The position numbers and the translations under genes are program-made. Under the pieces are notes generated by a model. That model made no database searches, had not been told where the DNA came from, and saw only the letters and a program-made list of their open reading frames with translations. A DNA stretch of 64,000 bases, taken from the NCBI GenBank assembly GCA_049970495.1, contig JBMFMV010000001.1, forward strand, positions 2,604-66,603. The letters are read 5' to 3'. The stretch's first letter is position 1. Each line of letters begins with the position of its first letter. This document shows, piece by piece, positions 1 to 9,862 of this stretch. The stretch comes from a bacterium (GTDB lineage: Bacteria > DUMJ01).

Positions 1-571
1 GAAGTATCTCCAACGATATTATTTCAAAATCACTCATATAATTCAATTTAGCAAGATCTATATAAGAAGCATTTTTTATACTCATTACCTGAGACCTTAT
101 GACTCTAGCAGAGAATGGCCAGCTAAAAATAGTAAGTATAAAAGCCATTGTAATTATATTTAATGCTTTTACATATGCAGAAAGTATCATAAGAATTGGA
201 AGGGAGGGAATCACCAATATAGTATCAGTTAATCCTCTTAAGAGTGTATCAATTAATCCTCCCTTATAACCAGCGCTAAAACCTACTATAATTCCTATTA
301 TCGTTGATATAGCCCCGGCAATAGCCCCTACTATTAACGAATATCTTAAACTCAAAAGAGTTACAGCTAGTACATCCCTACCAAATCTATCTGTTCCTAA
401 TGGATGTCTCAAAGAAGGTAATTCATATATTGGAAATATACCAACAGTTAAAGGGTTAACGTCTCCTATAATCGCCCTATTTAATAAAGGTTGAAATAAA
501 ACCAAAAAAATAAGAAGGGAAATTATTATACCACCAATAATTAATTTTGGATCGAACTGTGTCTGCCTCAT
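1..571 (-). CDS. ABC transporter permease, OppC/DppC family. Only the N-terminal part is in the window; the gene continues beyond the window start.
   Basis: Reverse-complement translation from the ATG at 571 reads MRQTQFDPKLIIGG...PLGTDRFGRDVL..., containing the classic OppC/DppC motif and TM segments. A GGAGGA RBS lies immediately upstream. No stop codon is reached before position 1. Confidence 0.8.
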   Translation of the reverse strand, partial: MRQTQFDPKLIIGGIIISLLIFLVLFQPLLNRAIIGDVNPLTVGIFPIYELPSLRHPLGTDRFGRDVLAVTLLSLRYSLIVGAIAGAISTIIGIIVGFSAGYKGGLIDTLLRGLTDTILVIPSLPILMILSAYVKALNIITMAFILTIFSWPFSARVIRSQVMSIKNASYIDLAKLNYMSDFEIISLEIL

Positions 572-580
572 TTTATCCTC

Positions 581-1606
581 CTATTGCCCACTACGTACAC
601 GCGGATCAAGTATTGGTAGTATCAGGTCTATTATTAAGTTTGCAGTCAAGACTGTAATAATAGAAAGTAATGTAATTCCTTGGATTAAATTAAAATCTAA
701 AATACCTATAGCATTAGTCATAAGTCTTCCTATCCCTGGATAATTAAAGACCCATTCTACTATGTAAGCACCGTTCATAATGAATCCTAGAGAGATAGCC
801 AAACCAGTCACCTGTGGTAATAAGACATTTTTCATTACATAGTTCCGTAAAATAGTAAAGGGCTTTAATCCCTTTGCTTCGGCAAAGATAAGATAATCTT
901 CATTCAATATGGAAATAACTAAAGCTCTAGATGATATTATCCATCCTGCTGCAGATGCAAGTATAATAGATAAAGATGGTAAAATGGCATGTTTTAAGAC
1001 GCTAGCTATAAATTTAAAATAAAATCCAGGTCTCAAAAATGCATCATAAGCTCCTGAACTAGGTAAAATAAAAAGGACATAAGCAAAAACAAATACCAGA
1101 AAGATAGCAAAGAAGTATTGTGGAATTTGAGAAAAGAATATAGCAAGTCCTGCTATAAGTTTAGAAAATAACAAATCTCTTTTCCATCCAATCAGAACTC
1201 CGATTATAAGTCCTATTAACCAAGAAATGAATACTGACAAACCAAGAAGTCCTATAGTCCAAGGTAGAGATTCAATTATAAGTTTTTGAGCAGGGGTGGG
1301 AAAAGCGGTAAGCGAAGGACCTAAATTACCTTTTAGGAGATTTTTAACATACTTTATATACTGTGTAAAAAGGCTGCCATTTAAACCAAACATCTCTTTG
1401 TACCTTTCTACTATATCCCCTTCACTACTTTGCAATACTCCTGTAGAGTATCTCTGCTGCATACTAACTATAAAAGCGCCAATAGGATTACCAGGAATTA
1501 GTCTAAAAAAGAAAAAAGTAAGTGTAAATGCTAAATATATTGTAAAAAAATAAGAAATCAAGCGTCTGACCACATAATATCTAAATACTCTTCTTAAGTT
1601 CTTCAT
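581..1606 (-). CDS. ABC transporter permease, OppB/DppB family (binding-protein-dependent inner membrane component)
   Basis: 341-aa ORF with multiple TM helices and an N-terminal RLIPGNP-like segment typical of DppB/OppB. It sits between the SBP gene and the OppC-like gene on the same strand. Confidence 0.85.
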   Translation of the reverse strand: MKNLRRVFRYYVVRRLISYFFTIYLAFTLTFFFFRLIPGNPIGAFIVSMQQRYSTGVLQSSEGDIVERYKEMFGLNGSLFTQYIKYVKNLLKGNLGPSLTAFPTPAQKLIIESLPWTIGLLGLSVFISWLIGLIIGVLIGWKRDLLFSKLIAGLAIFFSQIPQYFFAIFLVFVFAYVLFILPSSGAYDAFLRPGFYFKFIASVLKHAILPSLSIILASAAGWIISSRALVISILNEDYLIFAEAKGLKPFTILRNYVMKNVLLPQVTGLAISLGFIMNGAYIVEWVFNYPGIGRLMTNAIGILDFNLIQGITLLSIITVLTANLIIDLILPILDPRVRSGQ

Positions 1607-1686
1607 CGGGTTCGCTTTCCTCCTATGTATTTTCTATCATACTTGGGGGTTGGATGAATCCAACCCCCAAGTATTTATCCTCTAAG

Positions 1687-3387
1687 TTACTTTGTAGGCT
1701 TGAGATTCAATGTGACAAACAAGAAGTGACCCCACCAAGTAAATGGAACAGTATACATATTGTCTGTTGTAGGCCAGCCCTTCCAATATGTCTGATTCCA
1801 TGCCATAGTATATATGGTCTGTATAACTGGTGCTGCGGGTAAGACCTTAAGATATTCTTCCAACGCCTGATGATAAGTACTTAGCGCTACTTTAGAATCT
1901 GGCGCCATATTAGCTAACTTGCCTACAAGTTTATCTAAAGTTGGGTCCTTAAGTCTTACCCAGTTACCCCTCACAGCTCTCTGGCCTATTGGCATTATTC
2001 TATCACTAGTGAGATTTCGGTAGAGTTCAAACGGATCAGCACCTGCTCCGCATAACCAATGGGAAGTTACTTGGAATTTACCAGTGCTAGTATATTCATC
2101 AAAAACAGGCCCTTCTAGATGTTTCACAGTAATTGTTACACCTATCTTAGCTGCTTCCTGTGCTACATCCTGAGCTATTAGATACTCATATCCAGTAGTT
2201 ACTACGGGAGTTATTATTTCAAGTTCTAAAGGCTTTTCATCAGGTCCAATTCTCTTACCACCGGGACCCATCTTATATCCAACCTCATCTAGCAACTTAG
2301 CTGCTTTTTGCGGATCAAAAGTAAGATCATATTTTTCTAGTACCGTCTTATTAGCAAATTGCTCCATATATTTGTATGCTGCCCAAGGGTATTTAGCAGG
2401 AGTAGTCTCAGGTTTCCAAAGTGTTTTAGCTATCTTCTCTCTATTAATAAGATAAGAAATAGCCCATCTTACCTTAGGATCAGCAGTTGGTCCACTTGTA
2501 CAGTTAAACCATATTCCACGTGGACAAGGGTCTAAGAACGGAGTAATTATGATATTAGGATTTCTCTTCATAGCTACTTCCATCTGTAGATAATCAATAT
2601 TATGAGCATGGTCTATCACATTATTTATAAAATCCTGCAAATCAGCATCTGGTGGAGGAGATGTTCTATATACCACGTATTTAGGACCAGGGAAATATCC
2701 ATACTTCTTCCCCCAATAATCGTCACGACGTTCCCAGATAAACATCTTAAGGTCAGGAATAACCTGCTTTAGCTTGTAAGGAGCGGTCGTTACGGGCGGA
2801 TTATTTTTAAATGTCAGTGGATCCTTACCTTCCCAGATATGTTTTGGAACTATGGGAGTAGCCGTACAAATGAAATTAACAAATCTATAATGGAATCTAG
2901 GTAAGGGCGTCTTAAGATCAAAAACAACGGTATACCGATCTTTAGCCCTTACATCTGCCACTTCCTGTTTCCAAACTTCGCCTCCAAACTCTGGCCTAGA
3001 CATAATCATCTTTACGGTAAAGACAACATCATCGGCTGTAAAAGGCTTACCATCGCTCCAAGTTACTCCACGTCTTAGACTTATAGTACAAGTTTTAAAA
3101 TTATTAGTGTAGCTATACTTTGTAGCTAACCAAGGGACTATCTTTCCAGTTGCAAGGTTACAGTACCATAGATACTCTGTCCCAATCTGCCAGAAACCAG
3201 CAGCGAATTCAACACCGTTAGGCGTAAAATAGTTAAAACTATCAAAAACACGGAATGTAGCAGTATCTTCCATAAATAATGTTTCTTCTCTCGGAACGGG
3301 TAAAGACTGAGAATAAATAGGTAAAGAGAAACTAAAAACCAACAAAATAGCCAAAACATAACTAACTATACTTCTATTAAATCTCAT
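1687..3387 (-). CDS. ABC transporter substrate-binding protein, family 5 (peptide/oligosaccharide/nickel type), secreted or lipoprotein
   Basis: 566-aa ORF with an N-terminal signal peptide (MRFNRSIVSYVLAILLVFSFSLPIYS) and the length and composition of SBP_bac_5. It is the first gene of the permease operon. Confidence 0.85.
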   Translation of the reverse strand: MRFNRSIVSYVLAILLVFSFSLPIYSQSLPVPREETLFMEDTATFRVFDSFNYFTPNGVEFAAGFWQIGTEYLWYCNLATGKIVPWLATKYSYTNNFKTCTISLRRGVTWSDGKPFTADDVVFTVKMIMSRPEFGGEVWKQEVADVRAKDRYTVVFDLKTPLPRFHYRFVNFICTATPIVPKHIWEGKDPLTFKNNPPVTTAPYKLKQVIPDLKMFIWERRDDYWGKKYGYFPGPKYVVYRTSPPPDADLQDFINNVIDHAHNIDYLQMEVAMKRNPNIIITPFLDPCPRGIWFNCTSGPTADPKVRWAISYLINREKIAKTLWKPETTPAKYPWAAYKYMEQFANKTVLEKYDLTFDPQKAAKLLDEVGYKMGPGGKRIGPDEKPLELEIITPVVTTGYEYLIAQDVAQEAAKIGVTITVKHLEGPVFDEYTSTGKFQVTSHWLCGAGADPFELYRNLTSDRIMPIGQRAVRGNWVRLKDPTLDKLVGKLANMAPDSKVALSTYHQALEEYLKVLPAAPVIQTIYTMAWNQTYWKGWPTTDNMYTVPFTWWGHFLFVTLNLKPTK

Positions 3388-3431
3388 TTACTACACCTCC
3401 TTCTACTATTGTAGGTAGATTTTCTCCAAAC

Positions 3432-5122
3432 TCTAAAACCTCTTGTAGTCTCACTTTTAGCTATAGCCTTACTACGTTTCACCCTCACAGCCCAACCTCT
3501 TGATTTTTACCCCTTTGCCTCCTTATCCTAGAATTAAAACTCTAGGACAAGGAGGCGATAACTATGCTAAAATCACAACACTGGATCCCGCATTCATTAT
3601 ACCAGAAAAATCTCCTCAATTCACTAAAATCACTTCCTGACTCTTACAGCGATAGGATTGAAGAATACTCCGACCTTGTAGATAAATTGTTCTACTTTAA
3701 CTTGGATAAAGCTTACCAAATCTTATCCCCTTACTACTCCAATACCGGTAGACCTGCTAAATATCAAGCTGAAATACTTCGCTCCCTCATAGCTATGGTA
3801 CATCTTAGAATCTATAGTATCACTAATTGGGTTAAAAAACTCAAGAATGATAAAATCCTTGCTATCATCTGTGGCTTTGACCCTAACGATGTCCCAGGTG
3901 TCGGTACTTTCTATGACTTCTTGAATAGATTCTAGCTATCTAACAGCGAACCTAACAAGTTAAAAATCCCTCATAGTAAGCCTAAAAAACCTTCTAATCA
4001 ACAGGAGAAACTTCCTCCTAAACATCCCAATGTCGTTAAAGATATCGTAGATAGAATCATTAGCAGTAGAGATGTATCTCTTGGCTCTCAGAGAGTTATT
4101 TCCTTACTCTTCTCTGAGCTTGCAGTTAAGCCTTCTATCAAGATGGGACTAATTGAATCTAACGCTAAGATATCTAGCGACGGTGCACCTGTTGAATCTC
4201 CCTCTAATCCCTATGGCAAAAAGACCTGTGACTGTTCTAAAAAAGGTATCAGACACTGTAAGTGTAAGAGACGTTTCTCCGATCCTTTAGCCAGATGGGG
4301 TTGGGATAGCTACCATAAAAGGTACTTCTTTGGTTATACTCTCTATGCTATTAGCACTAATAATGGCCGTTATGACCTACCCTTACACTTTATACTGCCT
4401 CACCTCTATAGACACGATAGCGTTAGTGCTGTAATAGCTCTATCCCAACTAAAAACTATCCACCCAGAGCAGAATTTCAGCTATTTTATTGCTGATTCCG
4501 CTCACGATAATACCGCTACCTATAGACTCTGTAGGTTCTATGGATTAAATCCTATTATAGAGCTGAATCCTAAGAATACCAGCAAAGAGAAAGTAGCCAG
4601 TTTTGATGATTATGGAAGACCTATCTGCCCTCTTGGCTTACCAATGGTTAATTGGGGATATAACAGGGACCGTTGTAGAATAAAGTGGAGATGTCCAATT
4701 CTAGCAAGTAAGAAGACTAAAAAGCAACTTGGTGAATGCCCTATCAGAGAGCTCTGTTCTGGTTCTAGTTATGGTAGAGTTATATATACTTATCCTGAGA
4801 CTAATCTTAGATTGTTTACCAATCCACCAAGAGGGTCTAAGTTATGGGAGGATATCTATAGTAAGTATCGGTCTTCGGCAGAAAGATGCATGAAGCGTAT
4901 ATTAATAGACTATAAGTTAGAATCCGCTAGGGTCTATAGTAGGAAACAGTGGATATGGAGGATAGCTTTTATATGTATTAACATCCATCTGGACGCTTGG
5001 ATAGACTCTGCTAGACCTAACATAGTTGGAAAACTAGCTAGTTGGGCGCAAAAAGCAGCTTAGACTTAAGATTATCGAAAGCTAAATATAAAGTATAAGA
5101 GAGACTACAAGAAAGGTCTCTT
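3432..5122 (+). mobile_element. Insertion sequence of the IS5/IS1182 superfamily, about 1.7 kb, with imperfect terminal inverted repeats. The element boundaries are approximate.
   Basis: A 12-nt perfect inverted match is present: tcttgtagtctc at 3441-3452 and gagactacaaga at 5101-5112. The match extends to about 20-22 bp with an ACC flank and one 2-nt indel. The repeats bracket a single transposase reading frame. Confidence 0.55.
3564..5063 (+). pseudogene. DDE transposase of the IS5/IS1182-like superfamily. The ~499-codon frame is interrupted by one in-frame TAG at 3933-3935, giving ORFs 3564-3935 and 4143-5063 in the same frame.
   Basis: Both ORFs are in the same frame (3564 and 4143 are both divisible by 3). 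The 207 nt between them translates without any stop (LSNSEPNKLKIPHSKPKK...AVKPSIKMG). The N-terminus carries a GRPAKYQAEILRSLIAMVHL...LAIICGF IS5/IS1182-type domain. The C-terminus has FIADSAHDN and a SAERC..KR motif. Confidence 0.7.
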
Positions 5123-5294
5123 AGTAGCTAATTGTTCTTTTTACTCCAATATTCTACTTTCAAGGTGCGTTCCCCTTCTTTATAGGCTCCTATAGCCTGG
5201 GGATACTATCTTTTTACACTAACTTTATCTATATTTTACCCCCCCACACACATTTGTCAAGACGGACGGGAAGTTTCTGATAAGCTACTCACTC

Positions 5295-6641
5295 TCAAGT
5301 ATCTGCCTCTATATCTTCATATTTCAAGTTATTTGAATCTAAAAATACTCCATCTATTCTAAAAACAGGTTCTTCGGATGTATTACTATCTCGCCTGTAG
5401 ATAATATTTCTCATCTTAACTCTATTCGCACCTTTTAGATAAATCCAGGGTATATGATATAAATAATCAGAAATAGGAATAACCTCACTAGGTCTTATAT
5501 CTATATATTTCCCAAACAAAGCCCTATATTTACTATATCTAAGGTTAAGATTAACATCTTCAATTTTTATATCTTCTATGTTACATCCTTCCCCTATAAC
5601 TATAATTCCATTCTCAGAAACTGCACTGAAATTTTTTACTGATACATCTCTAATAACGTTACCTGAATTAGGGGCAGAGATAACTAAGGGTTCTCCCTTT
5701 CCCCACCAAGTCCCAGCAAAAATCTTGGTCTCTGCTAAAACTTTATCTATCTTAACAGATCTAACCCAACCATTTTTACCGTCTGCAAATATGCCTATCC
5801 CTCGGTTGGAGTCTTTAATGATAAGATTACTTGCTATTACATCCCTAATCTTACTGTCTAAGTTACCAATCCTAAGCCCTGCCGACCTTGTCCTAAGAAT
5901 ACAATTCGAGATAATAATACGTTCACTAGGTATATCCCAGTTAGTAATACCTGTAATAGCTATACAATCATCCCCGCAGGATATATTAGAGTTGGTAATG
6001 ATTACATCTTTACAGGAACATAAATGAATCCCGTCAGAATTAGGTATCCTCAGATTATTTACTATAGAGATGTTCTCTATCCTAATGTTCTCACTAGAAT
6101 GAAAAGAGACTGTCCAACATGGAGAATTTATAATCCTTACATCTTTTACACTCACATTCCTACAATTAAGGAAGAAAATTGGTTGATTGGGTCTTTCTAA
6201 AGTTTTACATTCTACTTCTTGAATTTGGTCTAAAGTAAGTAAATTCAATTCCTCAAAATTATTATGAACCCTAGTAAAATCCATAAAAGAATCTCCCGAG
6301 AGATCGATAGTCCCATTACCTACAATATTTACATTCTCTGCATCCTTCACATAGATTAAAGAAGTGACCTTCTCCCACTTATTATCAATAGACTTAATCT
6401 TTTCATAATCGATCTTTTCATAATCGCCTATATTACTCGAAGCTTTTAATACCCCTCCATTCTCAATAGCTAAGGTTACATTTGACTTAAGAAAGATAGT
6501 CCCGGATAGGTATATCCCTTGAGGGATAATAACCGTTCCACCTAAATTTCGAGCACAATCATCAACTGCTTTCTGAATAACCGAGGTATTAAGAGTAATA
6601 CCGTCACCTACGGCTCCGTAATCTAATATATTTACTTTCAT
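5295..6641 (-). CDS. Glycoside hydrolase family 28 (exo-polygalacturonase-like, beta-helix fold). There is no signal peptide, so it is probably cytoplasmic.
   Basis: GH28 signature segments are present: NSDGIHLCSCKDV, SCGDDCIAITG, and RIGN. The N-terminus is MKVNILDYGAVGDG. Confidence 0.85.
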   Translation of the reverse strand: MKVNILDYGAVGDGITLNTSVIQKAVDDCARNLGGTVIIPQGIYLSGTIFLKSNVTLAIENGGVLKASSNIGDYEKIDYEKIKSIDNKWEKVTSLIYVKDAENVNIVGNGTIDLSGDSFMDFTRVHNNFEELNLLTLDQIQEVECKTLERPNQPIFFLNCRNVSVKDVRIINSPCWTVSFHSSENIRIENISIVNNLRIPNSDGIHLCSCKDVIITNSNISCGDDCIAITGITNWDIPSERIIISNCILRTRSAGLRIGNLDSKIRDVIASNLIIKDSNRGIGIFADGKNGWVRSVKIDKVLAETKIFAGTWWGKGEPLVISAPNSGNVIRDVSVKNFSAVSENGIIVIGEGCNIEDIKIEDVNLNLRYSKYRALFGKYIDIRPSEVIPISDYLYHIPWIYLKGANRVKMRNIIYRRDSNTSEEPVFRIDGVFLDSNNLKYEDIEADT

Positions 6642-6669
6642 AAGAACCTCCTCCTAATTATTAAGATAA

Positions 6670-8886
6670 TTATCCCTCTGAAATAATTCTATCCACCACT
6701 AACTGGCGAAATTCTGGGGAGAGACTACTAAAGTATGCACTAAAGCCAGTAACTCTAACTATCAAATCGGGGTATTTGCTTGGATCTTTATGTGCCTCTA
6801 GGATTTTATCCTTATCTATAATGTTTATATTAACCATAGTTCCGCCTAGATCAAAGTGTACCTTTATAAGATTAGCAATATTTTCTACTGCTTCCTTTTC
6901 GTCTTCAATAAGGGGATCAAGTTCGATCTGCATAGGGGCAGTATTGCCGTACCCAGGCTGAACACTTGCAATAGCTATGGCCATCGCAGTAGCTGCACCA
7001 TCATTCCTAAAACCCGGATCGGGATTAGCACCGTGAGATATAGGGTCACCAGCATACCTTCCATTAGGGGTAGCCCCTAAATTTCTACCCATAGGGATAG
7101 TATTTGCCCAGGAGAATAATCCTGGGATCATATTATACCCGTTAGGGGTAGGCTTCTCTTTAACCATCTTGGTAAACGTCTTAGAGATTCTAACAGCATA
7201 CTCATCGGAAATAGAACTACCGCTACCATATCTAGGGGTATTCCTCATTATCAATCTGATTCTTTCGCCATTTGGTCCAGCCCAGTTATTATCAAGATAG
7301 TACATCAGTTCCTGCCATGTTATCCTTCCCTCTTTTTCAACCCTCTCTTCAATCGCTCCAAAAGAATCAGCAACTGTAGCCAAACCTGCACCATCTACGC
7401 ACATATTATAAAATTCTACCCCTCCATGTGAGGCATCTAGACCTTTCTCTATGGGACCATGAGAACATAGGTCTAAGACTAGCTCCGGGAAAACTCTATG
7501 CATATACTCTAGGTGAAAATCCAACCCTTTAGCTATAGTATCTATGGCTATCTTCAAATGTTTGGTAAATCTATTCCACAACTCTTCAGTACTTGGATTA
7601 CATCCAGACTCCTGCATCATCTCACGGAGAGCAACATCAAATATTGTAGCAAAATTGATCTTTACACAATCCATTATTGTGTATTCTCTTCCCGGTATGC
7701 CATACCAATGACATCCTGCATATGCCCTCTCTCTAGCTATCTCTAAAGGATATCCATTTCTTGCAAACCCATTTACTACGCTATCCGCACCTAGAAACTT
7801 GGGAATTCCCATTTTATCATCAAGTAAAATCTCTACCCCCCTGTATAAAAGACCTCTATCTAATCCATCCCCAACACAGACACCTATATTAGTAGGGATC
7901 CTTAGTCTATGCGCTGCCTCTAAGATTAGATAAGAAAGAGGATTTGTTACGTCTCTACCCTCTCTATCATAACCCCCAAGTTGTATATATGCAGTATCTC
8001 TCAGTAAAAGACATACTATATGGAATATTGCCTCTTCATCGGTTAAGATTCCGGCATCCCTATCCCTCTTATAAAAAGGATAGAGTATTACATCGAGCCT
8101 TCCTAGAGAACCGCTACCATTATACATCCTAGCAGTTATTAAATACCAGAGTATCCATTGACATGCCTCTCTGAAAGTCCTAGGTGGTTCATTTACTAGT
8201 CTTTCATTCATCTTTGCTATCTCTAAAAGGTTCTTCTTTAATTCTGGATCTTCCTCATCCTGAGCCATAGACTTTGCCGTATTAGCAGTCCTATAAATCC
8301 AATCCTGAATCCCTAAAACTACAGATTCTAAACCATCATAAAATTCAGAGGATTCTGGATTATTCATCTTTCTATAGTATCTGATCTTATCTAAAATGCC
8401 TTTCCATCCTAATCTAAGTCCTATCTCCATATCCTGACAGAAATGCTGTGCTGCGCCAATACCTGTAACTAGCTGATATAATTTCTGCTCCCTATGAAGG
8501 TAGGAATAATCAAAATCTGGATTCCAATGAGGATTTCTATAGGACATAAAGTTGACCATATAAGCCCCAGCAAGAGAACTTATTGGGTCTATATATACAG
8601 GGTGCACCTCTAAAAGTCTCCTAAAGTTTTCACCACAAGATTTAGGCCCAAAGAATCCTCCACTCGGATGATTGGGAATAAATTTAAAGCTTTTTAATAG
8701 AACATCTGTTATGGGCATTCCAGAAGAACTAATCGTTTTTACTATTTCTCTTTCTTCCTGAGGAGGGAGGATCAGTCCCCAGTCATCATGGTCCATAAAA
8801 CCAACAATTTCCTGCTTTTCTCTTGTATGCTCCAATTTCTTAGCACGAAGCAGACCTATTCTCTCTTGATAAGTTAAAATAGCCAT
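6670..8886 (-). CDS. Glycyl radical enzyme of the PFL2/glycerol-dehydratase-like family, substrate unknown
   Basis: 738 aa. The C-terminal glycyl-radical motif VRVTGFSAYF is present. A single candidate active-site Cys lies in GCHWYGIPG, with no PFL-type CC pair. A GRE activase gene lies immediately downstream. Confidence 0.8.
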   Translation of the reverse strand: MAILTYQERIGLLRAKKLEHTREKQEIVGFMDHDDWGLILPPQEEREIVKTISSSGMPITDVLLKSFKFIPNHPSGGFFGPKSCGENFRRLLEVHPVYIDPISSLAGAYMVNFMSYRNPHWNPDFDYSYLHREQKLYQLVTGIGAAQHFCQDMEIGLRLGWKGILDKIRYYRKMNNPESSEFYDGLESVVLGIQDWIYRTANTAKSMAQDEEDPELKKNLLEIAKMNERLVNEPPRTFREACQWILWYLITARMYNGSGSLGRLDVILYPFYKRDRDAGILTDEEAIFHIVCLLLRDTAYIQLGGYDREGRDVTNPLSYLILEAAHRLRIPTNIGVCVGDGLDRGLLYRGVEILLDDKMGIPKFLGADSVVNGFARNGYPLEIARERAYAGCHWYGIPGREYTIMDCVKINFATIFDVALREMMQESGCNPSTEELWNRFTKHLKIAIDTIAKGLDFHLEYMHRVFPELVLDLCSHGPIEKGLDASHGGVEFYNMCVDGAGLATVADSFGAIEERVEKEGRITWQELMYYLDNNWAGPNGERIRLIMRNTPRYGSGSSISDEYAVRISKTFTKMVKEKPTPNGYNMIPGLFSWANTIPMGRNLGATPNGRYAGDPISHGANPDPGFRNDGAATAMAIAIASVQPGYGNTAPMQIELDPLIEDEKEAVENIANLIKVHFDLGGTMVNINIIDKDKILEAHKDPSKYPDLIVRVTGFSAYFSSLSPEFRQLVVDRIISEG

Positions 8887-8897
8887 ATCTATTCCTC

Positions 8898-9800
8898 CTA
8901 ATAGATTTTTTCTCTATCGATATATCTTCCCATCAAATCTTTAATCTTCTCTATATCCTCCTTTTTTGGAGGCTCTAGCTCTAAAATTCCTCTTCTATTA
9001 TTGAATAACCATGGCTTACTTAAGCCTAATTTGTGATAGGGTAAGAGCTTTACTCTTCTTACAGATTTAAGTTTGGCTATAAAATTGGCAACTGCTACTA
9101 TATTCTCTCTAGAATCATTATATCCAGGTATAATAGGGACCCTTATCTCTATCCATTTCTCTGCTCTATCTAGTCTGTAAAGATTTTCTAGTATTATCTC
9201 ATTTGGAACCCCTGTGAGCTTTTTATGTTCTTCTGAGTTCATATGTTTAATGTCGTATAAAAAGATGTCAACAAAAGGTAACAGGTCTTTAAGCTTATCC
9301 CAAGAGACAAAACCAGACGTGTCTAACGCTGTAGAGATACCATTCTCTTTACAAGACTTTAGTAGATCTAGACAAAAATCGAATTGAAAAGTTGGTTCTC
9401 CTCCGGAAAGTGTAACTCCTCCGGATTGTTTGTAAAAAGGGATATCTTTGATAACTTCATCTAAGACCTCCTCTAAATCATAAATTTTACCCTGTAATAC
9501 AATGGCTCTAGCCGGACAGGCATCTACACACTTAAAACAAAATCGACAGAACTTTTCATCATACTTCTTCCCCTTTAAATTATCATTCTGCAAAGCTCCA
9601 GTAGGACAGACTAGGACACAGGAATTACATCCTATACACTTGTGCCTATAGAACGCCAATTCAATCTTAGGGCTTATAGATTCAGGATTATGACACCAGA
9701 GACACCTTAAAGGGCAACCTTTAAAGAAGACAGTAGTTCTAATTCCTGGTCCATCGTGTAGAGAAAATCTCTGTATATCAAATATAATACCACTACTCAT
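8898..9800 (-). CDS. Glycyl-radical enzyme activating protein (radical SAM enzyme with an extra ferredoxin-like domain)
   Basis: CxxxCxxC radical-SAM motif in GCPLRCLWCHNPE. Two additional 4Fe-4S motifs are present: CIGCNSCVLVCP and CRFCFKCVDACP. The GGE SAM-binding segment is GGEPTFQ. Confidence 0.85.
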   Translation of the reverse strand: MSSGIIFDIQRFSLHDGPGIRTTVFFKGCPLRCLWCHNPESISPKIELAFYRHKCIGCNSCVLVCPTGALQNDNLKGKKYDEKFCRFCFKCVDACPARAIVLQGKIYDLEEVLDEVIKDIPFYKQSGGVTLSGGEPTFQFDFCLDLLKSCKENGISTALDTSGFVSWDKLKDLLPFVDIFLYDIKHMNSEEHKKLTGVPNEIILENLYRLDRAEKWIEIRVPIIPGYNDSRENIVAVANFIAKLKSVRRVKLLPYHKLGLSKPWLFNNRRGILELEPPKKEDIEKIKDLMGRYIDREKIY

Positions 9801-9862
9801 ATAAAGATTAGCTCCATATTATTACAAAAAATTTACTACTAATATATAGTAAAATAGATATC

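Noticed and set aside
3461-5203. 9-nt direct repeat ctatagcct at 3461-3469 and about 5194-5202, considered as a target-site duplication of the IS
   Set aside because: It lies inside the stronger inverted-repeat pair rather than outside it. Part of it is palindromic (gctatagc). A 9-mer match between two ~200-bp regions has roughly a 15% chance by random coincidence.
5578-6027. 149-aa plus-strand ORF antisense to the GH28 gene; similar antisense ORFs occur at 6776-7080, 15886-16479, 16573-16917, 24989-25504, 39224-39808, 45834-46226, 47087-47542 and 59282-59692
   Set aside because: Each is fully embedded opposite a well-supported gene. They have low-complexity, Ser/Leu/Ile-biased composition with no RBS. 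They are typical shadow ORFs in AT-rich DNA.
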